DNA of 44,261 nucleotides from Perkinsus olseni (Eukaryota): NCBI GenBank assembly GCA_013115125.1, contig JABANN010000275.1, positions 1 to 44,261 of the forward strand, read 5' to 3'. Shown piece by piece: positions 11,726 to 22,295 of this stretch (position 1 is its first letter; each line of letters starts with the position of its first letter). The notes under the pieces were generated by a model. It saw only the letters and a program-made list of their open reading frames with translations, ran no database searches and was not told where the DNA came from. The position numbers and the translations under genes were made by a program.

Positions 11726-14000
11726 ATGACTTCTAATCCTCGCCTTGTCGCGCCGAATCTGACGGGCAGAGTGGCACTGGTGACTGGGTCTAGCCGAGGG
11801 ATAGGTCGGGAGTGCGCCTTGGCATTGGCAAGGTAGCACTCCAAACTTCGGTCCCCATCGAATCATGCGTGATTAGTTATTCAACTTTCTCTTCACCGTT
11901 TGACCTAGTTCGCCGAGCTGAAGTGTTCGTTAGCAAACATACTGCGATCTAAGGGGAAATATTGGCTAGGATTGTCTCGTGAAGTTTTCCGGTCGTTATC
12001 ACGCCCATCTTCGGCGGCGGGGAGGACGGGAGACGGCTTCTTTAAGGATGTTAGTGAGTGGTCGTCGACTTTCAATTTTGTGGGTCATGTGCGTGAATTC
12101 TCATTCACGACCAGTAGGGCTATGGGAAAATTCTTGGCTTTGGATTCACAAGCGTGGATTGATGCTTTGCGCTCCTTATAGAGATATCTTTCTTTCGCTT
12201 CGACCTCCGGAGTGCGAGTTGGAATCTTTCAGATGCGGAGCTAAGGTTGTTGTGGCAGCCAAGACCGTAGATCCTACCCCCAACTTGCCTGGTGAGCCGA
12301 CTGGGGTCGAGCGTCGTAGAGGTTAGCGCCCACTTGTTGTCTCGGGTTGGCAGTAGCGTAGGCGTGCAGCTTCTTTCGACCAGAGAATCCTTCTCGAACT
12401 GTGCGAGGCTTTTCGCGTGGCAGAGAAATGGTTTTACTGCGGGAATGCCCCCGTTAACAGTTCTCGCCACTAACGGCCGCCCCTGTAGAAGTGCGCGTAA
12501 CATGTGCTGCTTCGCGACGAGCGGAATTGCAGTTCCTGAGTTCTCGCAGTGATTCTAGTAGTTAACAAGGGACACCGATAGCATGTGAAGGCTTAGGGGA
12601 ACTTGTGCCGAGTGAAGCTTCGGCTCTTCAGCGCTTTGAAAGGTCCGCACTCCGTCTTGGGAAGGTACAATATTCACCGTAGCTCGAGAGATCGAGGAAG
12701 CCGGCGGAGTCGCCCTACCGGTCCAGGTGGATCTGCGAGACGCTGAGTCTTGCGAGAGATGTGTGGCTGATGTTATCGCTAAGTTTGGCCGCATAGACAT
12801 TCTTATTAACAACGCTAGCGCGATGTGGTGGCACACTATGGAGGACACTCCCGTGAAAAAGTAATCCGTGCCTCCTCAAAAGTTCGTACAGCGGCTGTCA
12901 TATTCGCTTCCTTCTGGGGCGTTCTGGCTGGAGCCGATACGAGTGTTCGGTCAGATTTGATCTGATAACCTCCATCAACTCGAGAGGGAGCTTTATCATG
13001 ACCAAACTGTGTCTGCCGCACATGAAGAAGAACAACTATGGAAGAGTCATCAATATGTCTCCGCCTATCAGCACCGATTTTATGAGGTTAGTGGAGCTAG
13101 AGGTGTCAGAATCGTACGAAAGTCACACTGTTTCTGCACCAGTGAGGCTGAATTTTGTCCGGCCAAGGGTCCCTCCGGAGTCACAGCGAACTTCGGTCAA
13201 TCGCGATTAACAAGCATCGGAGCTCTATTCTCCTGTGCTTCGAAGTTACCGCGGTTTAACGGCGTACAACATCAGCAAGTTCGGCATGTCGATGTCCGCG
13301 TTGGGAGCTGCGGCTGAGGGGCAAGGCTGTAATGTCACCGGTAAGGGCCATCCTCCGTGTGGTCTGAGCGGACATATTGCCCTTCACGAAAATCTCGCGC
13401 TATACATCGAAGGATCGTCGAAGATAGGTGGGGCAGCTCGCACGGTTCGCTTCCTGCTTGGTAGGGAATTGTCTATGGCCCGCAACAGTAGTGGAGTCGC
13501 AGGCAGCCACAAACTTCGAATTGGGGAGTAAAGATGATTGGAGGAAGTCCACTATTTTGGCCGATTGTGTGAGTCCTGTCGTACCTTGGATTATCAGCAT
13601 TCCGATGTAGTCTAGCTGGTTAGGATTCGTGGCTCTCACCCACGCGACCGGGGTTCGAGTCCCCGCATCGGAATTTTCTCCCACGTTCTTTTATGTTCTT
13701 CGTTGACGAGTGCAGGTACTCTCCATCATCAATGAGCCCGAGCTCACAGGAGAGATGCTCATCGATGATGAATATCTGACTAGCTCCAGAGTCGGTCTCA
13801 CACAAGACGATCTCATCGTTTACCGGAAGAACCCTGCCGTTGAACCTGTAGGGCGCTTTGGTCCTTGAGCGATGATTCCCTTCTCATTGCAGCGGAGGCA
13901 CCTGGCCGAAGCAGTCCACAAGGGTCGAAGCTTCGGAGAGCAAGTGGCCCGAGGGGATGTTCGTCAAGTCTCGGTTGATAAGAGAAGGTCCATGCTTTGA
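11726..14000 (+). CDS. HSDL2-like short-chain dehydrogenase/reductase, 8 exons, probable peroxisomal PTS1 (-SML)
   Basis: VTGSSRGIG Rossmann motif, AAKT..PNLPGTIFTVA, INNAS, MSPP, YNISKFGMS (YxxxK), NCLWP; ends KRRSML*. Confidence 0.9.
13601..13673 (+). tRNA. tRNA-Glu(CTC), inside intron 6 of the SDR gene
   Basis: Complete cloverleaf: tccgatg/catcgga acceptor, D-loop tagctggtta, cgtgg-ct-CTC-ac-ccacg anticodon arm, ggttcgagtcc T-arm, followed by a T-run. Confidence 0.95.
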
Positions 14001-14833
14001 AGTCGGTGATCGACCCGAAAGACTTTTTTATTTTTCCTTTTTGCGAGTTCTGTTTCCTGAGTGAACTCGCGGATCAAGGGACCAGTTTACTTCGAGAGTG
14101 CGTAAAAAAAGGAATGTTGCAACGGCAGCGATGGTTCACCCGGCATGCGCGTAAATGCCGAAGGCGAACCAGAGTATCGTGCATTGACGCGCTGCCTTTA
14201 TTTCATGCGTTCATGCGCACATCCTTATTGGTAGTCAAGTCCGTAAAAGATGATACCTGAAAGATGGTGAGAGTTAGATCTTTTCTAGCCCTTTGAAATC
14301 AGTATGGCATCGAGTTCTGCAGTCGGGCGCGCGGACGTGGTACCCAATGGAACAATCCGCGTACCGTCGAGTATCGCAGAGCTGGCGATGACGGCTAGCC
14401 AACCTGAATTAACGACGTAAGGTGGTACGGGAAGCATAGCAATGACGAGTCGGGTGTCTACACTGGTTGAACCCATGCATCTCATCCTGTTCACTCACCC
14501 GCACCACCCCGATGCTCGTAGTCACTGCCTTTCATCGCGATATCATTCAACGACGCGGCCCATAGAGATGCGAAACGTGACGTTCTGAACGTCGGTCTAG
14601 CAATCTGCGGCTGTGTGAAGTACCATTACCGACGGTTGAGAGTACAAGTATAGGGCGATGGGTAGACAAGAGGCCAACTCCCTGGGCGGGGAAAACGAAA
14701 TGAAGTTGTATACTGGGTGCCAACCAGTGGCTGGATGAACTCATGGGCAACCCGTAGCGAGTGATGAGAATCCTGAAACTGGATTCATGTGTTGGAGACC
14801 GGAGTAGGTCTTGGAAAGCCATACTTGAGCTGA

Positions 14834-15034
14834 CTAGGGGCAACTGCAGTCACAGTGGGCATGACCAATAATAGGGTGGTTGGTGGCGCTACACTCGCAC
14901 TGTGGACAATCATCCAGACAGAACGGTCTGCAATACGAGTCTTGATCGTAGCGGAGATTACGGAGATTTTGTGTGGCACGCTGCCCACGGGCCAAGACAA
15001 GAGGGACGATGAGAACCGAGACGAAGAGAGCCAT
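14834..15034 (-). CDS. Secreted pre-pro 8-Cys peptide, copy B
   Basis: Signal MALFVSVLIVPLVLARG, pro-region QRATQNLRNLR, then YDQDSYCRPFCLDDCPQCECSATNHPIIGHAHCDCSCP*. Confidence 0.85.
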   Translation of the reverse strand: MALFVSVLIVPLVLARGQRATQNLRNLRYDQDSYCRPFCLDDCPQCECSATNHPIIGHAHCDCSCP

Positions 15035-15678
15035 GCGCACGAGAGATTGCTGAAACGGTCTCCACGAATTCCCCAAGAGTAACGGGATTGGTTACATACG
15101 CCGTGCACGGCAACGACACCATCTCGAATGCTTTTGTAAACATGAAATGACACCCTAGTTCGACGAGAGAGACGAATATGGCGATGACGAGATTTTAGAG
15201 AATCCCTAAATGTGCTAATTGCAATCGATCACCACACGCATATGCACGTCGGCTAACTCGAGTCTGTGGCACTCGACGGTAACTGTCTATCTGCAAGGGA
15301 ATATGGCAATAAGAATAGAACTGATGGTGATGGGACAAACGCACTCGATTTCGTGCAGCAATCTGTCTAGTCACCATGGCCAACAACTCGGCGGGAAGTT
15401 CCTCTCAGTGTGCAATATGGTACACAGAGTTCCATAACCCGAACCAGCGGGGAAGTCCCACGAGGGCCACGGGAAGGAGACAAATGGTTTTTCTCATCAC
15501 ACCCAATGACCGATGAGACTGTTGCTCAGGGTGGTGCTGTACCACCAGTAAACCCAAAGGCAGTCGTTCGGGCTCCCAAGGGATAAGATCACAGATGCGT
15601 TGTGTGCTGATGATTATGGTGATGGCTGAAACCATGTGGCACAGACCGTCAGAGCGTTGTCTTCAGCGGCGGGCTCTG

Positions 15679-15722
15679 ATCCTCGCCCTTCCGTCCCGAA
15701 TCTGACGGGCAAGGTGGCTCTA
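15679..15722 (+). pseudogene. Truncated duplicate of SDR exon 1
   Basis: atcctcgcc..ccgaatctgacgggcaaggtggctct matches ~11736-11779 (DPRPSVPNLTGKVAL vs NPRLVAPNLTGRVAL). Homology stops before the Rossmann motif. Confidence 0.7.
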
Positions 15723-16333
15723 GCAGAGGGAAAGGCAGGGAATACGCGCTGGCAGTGGCAAGGTGGAACCGCCCGTACCGCTTGGCATGCACTAGGCGCG
15801 ACTTTCGCTTTATTCTGTCCAGCGATGCTGAAATCGTTGAACCCTCTACTAACCATGTGACGTAGTCTGCTACGCACCCGCTGAGTCCACCTTACTCAAC
15901 AAGGCTAGTTACGAGAAGCAATGATGATTCAGGTCACCTGAATCAGGTGTCTATAACGGTCGAGCACCGCCCTCCCATGCCTGAAGGGTTCTATGGAGTG
16001 CAGCTACGTCAGTTTGAATGAGCAACGAATTAATCCTGTTCCGTCGCCAACGATTCACCCAAAACTCGTCTTGCCCTGCCGATGGTAGCCGTAGCTATTT
16101 TGCAGTAAAATAAAAGTAAAATTTTTACTCCGAGGCAACAGCGATCCACAAAAGGAGCAAGTCCAATACCAAACAAAACCTCTGTTGGTTGACTGAGTAT
16201 GGGCAGAAATAACCCATGACTCACATACACACTCAACCAGTTGGGAGTTGAACTACGATCAACAATATCGACATCATTCTTATCGTCATCATCTACGAAC
16301 GTGCAGCTAAGAGTGATCGCGAGAGTCAAAAAA

Positions 16334-16406
16334 AGCCTTCTGCCGGAGTCGAACCGACGACCTCCCGCTTACTAAGCGGGTGCTCTACCAACTAAGCTAA
16401 GAAGGC
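16334..16406 (-). tRNA. tRNA-Thr(AGT)
   Basis: gccttct/agaaggc acceptor, cccgc-tt-AGT-aa-gcggg anticodon arm, ggttcgactcc T-arm, immediately followed by a T-run terminator. Confidence 0.95.
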
Positions 16407-16743
16407 TCACGACAAACTCTGCAGATCAAACTCGATATCATAAAGAGCTGGCTGGGTCGAATCACCTGGTCAAAAAGCATGAATCGAGGAATTCGGTCTC
16501 AGCCTTGAGTTCGGATTCGCCAAGGACTCCGTCAGAGAGTGACTCAAATCATTCCGAGTATATTCCAATCCCTCAACCCTCATTACTTCAGGAGCCTGTC
16601 TAATTGAGACGTGCGAGGGAACCAAAGACGGCACAGTTGATGCAGTGAACCGCGGTGTTTAGCTTGAATGGTAGTATAAGACAGCAACAAAAGCAAACAA
16701 ACTTTACATCAGTCGGACTACAGCCGGGCGTTTTTTCGATCGC

Positions 16744-19257
16744 TCACCGTCTTTTCCCCAGCAGCACCTGATAGAGCGAAAACACAGTTAATAGCAGAAT
16801 GCCCAATATACGGTGAATGTACATCCTTAGCTTCGTTGATTTTGGACGCTATATAAGTACTTCCACCACGATCCGGATGGTTGGCCAGCAACAATTGCCG
16901 ATGATGCTGACGACAAAGGGCAACAGTCACGTCCGTGACCAGTGCTGTCTGCGATAGAGTACCTTCTGAATATTATCCCTGCTCAGTTGAGTTTGACCCA
17001 GATTAAGGATCTTGCGAGCTTCGGACTGAAACGACAAGGCGTAGCCTCCCTACGGCTGAGTGTGCAAGGAAGGCGATTGAGGAACTAGTTAATGACAAAT
17101 AGGGTGATAGTGATAGTGAGCACAACGGTGAAGACATGAGTTTCAAATCATGTATCATCCTACTGTGCGATTACAACCTCCCATACCCTAGAAAGCGTAC
17201 AGCGACAGTAATAATGACGATAAAAATTCAAGTTCTATCACCACGCACAAAGTAGAAGCACATAGAAACGTAACGAACAAAGAGACGTGTTGAAGATCAA
17301 CACGTTAAAACGTGAACAGAATCACCGTATGTTATACACTGTATAATCTCGATTATTCCTTGCAACTAGCTCGACCCTATGCGTAATGCGATTACAGTGC
17401 ACACCTCCCTTATCCTAGGCCCGCGCTGGGAGCAGTTTTATATTGATGTTGAATCATGTACATGGGTACATCACCGCGGCACGTACCGCTAATCACGTCC
17501 AGTGTCCACTAATTGCTCCGAAAAATGAGCAACAAGATTCACCCGAAACCCCCACACGAAGCCATAGCTTATCATTCATCTAGGGTTGGCTATCTATAGA
17601 TATACCAGTAGAACAATTCCGTATCTTTAGGTTACCCCTGTTAGATACACAATAGTGTGAAAAAAATATAATTACTAATGACACCATGACGCATCTTTAC
17701 GGATAAGAGATCCCTAAATATCGAACAACGTTCGCGCAGACTCCCGCGGATTTCGCATTATCGCAGAACAGATCGTTCAATTCAAAATACTCTCCTCAGA
17801 ATGAAGGTTCGTTCGGGAAAAATTATATACCTAGATTCAAACGATAATATTATCCCAGTGGCAGCGACCGCTACAAGATTCGTATATAGAGTATTCACTC
17901 AAGGGGACTTCGCAGCGTCTCAGAACAGATCACCATTTCTACTAGTGTCTTAGTTAACTAGGGTGTCCAAAAGCCAGCCTCTCCTGAGTTTCCCGACCGC
18001 TTCCAGGATCATCTTTAGCACGTTAAATTCAATCCTTCGAGCGCTCCTGTAATTTGATAGAGGCAGCAGTCTAATGAACACACCCAAAAATGTCCGTTTC
18101 AAAATATATTGCCAGTCACAAATGATGTTATTATACAACATTTTATACGTATTAATAGTGTTTCGTCGGATGCACGGTATGAATTCAGTAGGAAAGAAGT
18201 TCTCGGGAAGAAAACCCAAAAACTTGCAGTCCTAGATTCATAGTAGTAATACTAACTGATATTAGTGTAATCGGGTTAGTACCAATTATGACTGATTAGA
18301 TTTCCAAATTCCTCCCCCGGAAGCTCGACAAAGTACTTCCTGAGGGGGTGGATACCAAAACATGTGAGCGTGTTGCTACTGTTGGTACTTTACATATCGT
18401 TAGACGATTTTTTTGCACTGTGTATTGAAGAATGTGATTATCTGCCATTGCTTGCCTTGTAATAATCTGAAAATTTTTGGAATTTTTTCCCGAAAACTTT
18501 CCTACCGGTTGTAACCGTGCGTCCGATATAATTACTAACTAGTATCAGTAGTCCAAGTTTTTCTACGGCAACTACAATACACGCAAGAGCATTGCGAAAA
18601 TGATAGTCCACGGGAGCCCCCCCAGTGATTACCCGAGACATGGTCTGATCGAAGCCTTCGAGACCCCTCAGACTTGACGCCTGGAAAAGCGTCGACATTC
18701 TTGGTAGGGCTAGACCGGCCGCACTCGCGAACCGAATACCTGAAATGAGGAATCTTAGGTTGACTCAAGGTATTCGCAAGGTCGAAAGATACGCCTGGAG
18801 CGTGGAGGTTTAGATACGAGACAGGGCATCACTAGGTCTACCGAAAAGTCTCCCGGGAGGTCGCGGAACTGTGATCGGGAAAGAATTCTTGTAATGATTT
18901 TAAAATTATTTAGAAAACGAAGATTTAGATTTTGGAAAAAATATCCGAAAGCGATTGTTACATATCTTTTGCATGCATGAGATATACGGGGTTGAAAGAT
19001 ACGGCAGCGAATAGCAAACCTCTAAACTCCTCCCACTCACGCGTCTTATACCAAGATATGCTCAACTTCCTCGTCATTTGCAAGCTTAACCTCAAGATAC
19101 GTTTCAATATATCGCATTCTACGACCCTTGAAACGCGCCAATTTTAACTCAGTCTCTCACCACCACTGCCCCTGGCCCTCCCCAGAATCCAGAAAAGTAT
19201 CTTACCTTGTCTCACAGCCAAAGCACCAACTCCTACTCCGAATAATAGGGGAAGCAT
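16744..19257 (-). CDS. PAM18: Mitochondrial import motor J-protein Pam18/Tim14 (DNAJC19 family), 5 exons
   Basis: [17 protein letters not shown] | [14 protein letters not shown] | [13 protein letters not shown] | [28 protein letters not shown] | VLLGKRR*, all joined by GT-AG introns. Confidence 0.92.
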
Positions 19258-19384
19258 TATGATACGTGGGGAATAAAAATCGATTGCTGGGGCGCGCGCT
19301 ACTTACAGACGGTTAGGTTCGACCTCAGGATTCGGCTAGATCCCTCAGTCTCAGAGTTGGTTTATTGACGAATCATTGGTCTGA
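19258..19384. promoter_or_regulatory. 127-bp intergenic region between the divergent PAM18 and MGR2/ROMO1 start codons
   Basis: ATGs at 19257 (-) and 19385 (+). Bidirectional promoter function is inferred. Confidence 0.5.
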
Positions 19385-22093
19385 ATGGTGTGGCCTTTTT
19401 CTTCTGCTTCGAGTTCCCAGGCGACGCAGGACGAAGATACTAACAGGTGGGTAATGTTGATCGTATCTTAGGGCTCTGTGTTACACCACCTTCAACCTAA
19501 GATACGGATTATCGGCACCTTTTCTATTTTGTTCGTTCGCACATCACCAAATCGCGAAGTTTAAATTAGGATTTTCTATGTGTAATTTTTTATAAAAGCG
19601 TTTAGGAAGATCGCGCCTGTTGTGTAAGGTAATTTTCGTCGAAAATTTTTCGACGAAACAGCGTTTTTCGAGCTTTTTTCAGATGAGAATTTTTATTATT
19701 TTGTAAATTTTTCGGTATTTTATTTCTCATTTTTCGTGAGTTTTCATATTCACATTATGGGGTTACTCGCTTTAATCGGAATGAGGTTACGTAATAATTG
19801 GTATCGATTAATACTGGATCATAATATTCAATAATAATAACTCAGGAATCTTAGCTTAATCCCAGTCCGTACTTTTTCGATGATTTTTTATATTTATGAA
19901 ATTACACCATAAAAAGCGTATATTTCTTAAGGCACTTGAGTTTTTCACAATTTTCGTGTTTTCGGCTGCGCGAAAGATACCGCACTTCGCGCGTTTCGTG
20001 TGAACCTTCAACATAAAAGAAGCTGCTTGAAATATCAATATCTATCAATATGTATCACAATTTATCAGCTACTGTTATGCACGGTATGTGGTACTCAAAT
20101 CTGAATGAAGTTACGTAATTATTGTTATTGAGTCAATACCAGTAATTACGGCGATTATGTTATTTAATAATATATACTCAATAAATCGTGGTACGAGTCC
20201 TGTGCATCTCTCAGTCCCATAGAGTCCCACATAGTTCCCCCGTCCGGCGGCAGCGTCCCCGTGCCTGAGCCTCCCAAGGGCTACAAATCTGTGACCTCTT
20301 CCTCACAGCAACAGCAGCAGAAGGAAAGCGAGTTTAAAGGCTTCACTCCCCCGCCACCGAAAGAAGTCGAAAGTGATACGTGCTTTGGTGAGCTAGAGGT
20401 GTCAGAAAAGTCTTTCGTCAGGCTCGTCGTACAAGCCTATTAAATTGGACTACACTCCCATGCATGGCGACGAGAAGGACGATCCCTACGCTTCTGAGGA
20501 CTTCTCCAAGTTTGCTTCCTCTGTACCCGCGGAAGAGCCCGGTAGGTTGGTGGTGATGGGAGATAGCTTCTTCGAGCCATCGGAATTCAATGTCATGTAG
20601 TTTTTGTATTTTGAAACCGTTATCAATGATTAATTATGAAAGTTTGAGATGCACTATAGTCGAGTTGTTGAATGATGCCCATCGAAATTTTCAAAGTTGA
20701 GAATATTGAGGGCTGGAGAGTATCAAATCATGGTGTTTTCGTCCTGGTACAAAATTTACTGCATTCTCGAGTCCACGGCTTGACTTGTCATGTGCCATGG
20801 TCAACCTAAGATATTCCCTACAGACAGTTCATACTTTATCAAATCTTCGTCTCTTCTATTGATGCTTCGCTCGTTCTATCGGGTGTAATATTTGATGATG
20901 GTAAACTTAGTTGTTCACTCTCCATGCTTCTTTCAGGCTTCAAGGATGACTATTGGATGAAGATAAGCAGTGGCAGATGGATCTCCAACCCGAGGGCGAG
21001 GGCCTGCTATCAGAGCATCTTGGTAGTAGCCACAACAACAATGATACGAAGGCGTAATGGCAATTTCGTTAGACTTGCTCTGGTGATTGCAAGTTTTACT
21101 CTGAAATTTCTGATACAGAGTGGTGAGTGAATACTTTGAAACTGGGCTCGTGGTTGCGTAGAGCCACTCAGTTTTATGTCCGACTTGTTTTCTCATTGTG
21201 AGTGTGTTGAAAATTGTATTAATTGTGTCCGGAATTTTTCCAGGATTCTCTCCCATTCCGCGAACCTCTTTCGTATCTTGCACGCTTCGACCCGAGATAC
21301 TTTGTTTCAGATGGGTGGCAAGATGGGTGGAGCAGTTGGAGGTATCTTTGGCGTCCTTGCTGGTGGTTATAGTATGGTTGCTTATCGGAACTTCTGGTAA
21401 TATACGTAACAGCAAAGAATTCTCTCCTCGTAATTTTGATACTAATTACGGTTTCTCGTTTCGATCTACACTCTCATTGCGGATTGATCTAATGACCGGC
21501 ATGCGAAATTCTCAGTTTAATTTCATCCGAAGTGGCAAGTGTGAGATCACTAAATCTCGCCTCTCAATTTGCCCTGAGGTGCAGACGCGAAAAGAAGGGC
21601 TGAGAAATTCTCGCTCTGCTAGTTGACCCTAACGAACGAACGTTTTATTCGTTTATGCATGCTAGAAGGCTGCTCTGGTCTTGTATGTGGAAAGCGTTCA
21701 GGATCGCGAGCAGCCTACTGAGTCGTGAGGGTGGATCTGCCTGTCTCCGTTGCAGTCGATTATGGTTCCCGATTTACGCCTTCGTAAAAATGAAAAATAC
21801 CGTAAAATTTTTCAAATTCTTACTTCAGTTTCCAATTTTTGGAATGGTCTCCTCGTTGCACTTTATCGGATTCAAGATTTCCCCCCTTTTTTAGGTATCT
21901 TCCGATGAGCATTATCGGCGGTGCTGCGAGTTTTGGTTTCTTCTTGGGTTGCGGTATGATCATACGTTGTGATGAATTACGTGGCGCGCGGTCAGAGCTT
22001 GCCTCATCATCAGTGCCACCGGACTACAGCGGTCCTCAGCACCTTCTGTTCTATCCTATTGATGGAAGATATCTTAGGTTGAAGGAGGAGTGA
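19385..22093 (+). CDS. ROMO1: Mgr2/Romo1-family mitochondrial inner-membrane protein, 6 exons, with N-terminal extension
   Basis: MVWPFSS.. | ..RACYQSIL | [21 protein letters not shown].. | ..[20 protein letters not shown], matching the Romo1 pattern (C..MG..MG.AVG...G ... FG.F...G..IRC). Confidence 0.85.
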
Positions 22094-22295
22094 AACGAGT
22101 TGTTTCTTGGAAATTTATTCAGCAATTTTGGACGAGAACTGCGTTTAATGGTTGGTTATTTCGGGGGGGGGTTTCTTTCCGCGGGGATGGGTAAAGATAC
22201 GTCAGCGCGCACTGCGAAGGTTTTTATTTTCAGTGTGATTGTTTGTTGTTTTTGCTGCACAGTTGTGTGCACGCGGGTCGGTCAGATTGGCAGTA

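Noticed and set aside
13404-13416. acatcgaaggatc, antisense to LSU rRNA, as a C/D snoRNA guide
   Set aside because: Only 13 nt, a length expected by chance over this search space, with no adjacent D box or clear C box.
17625-17915. gaagtcccc ... aggggtaac on the minus strand as RNase MRP P4 halves
   Set aside because: The CR-V match is poor and no other conserved regions are visible.
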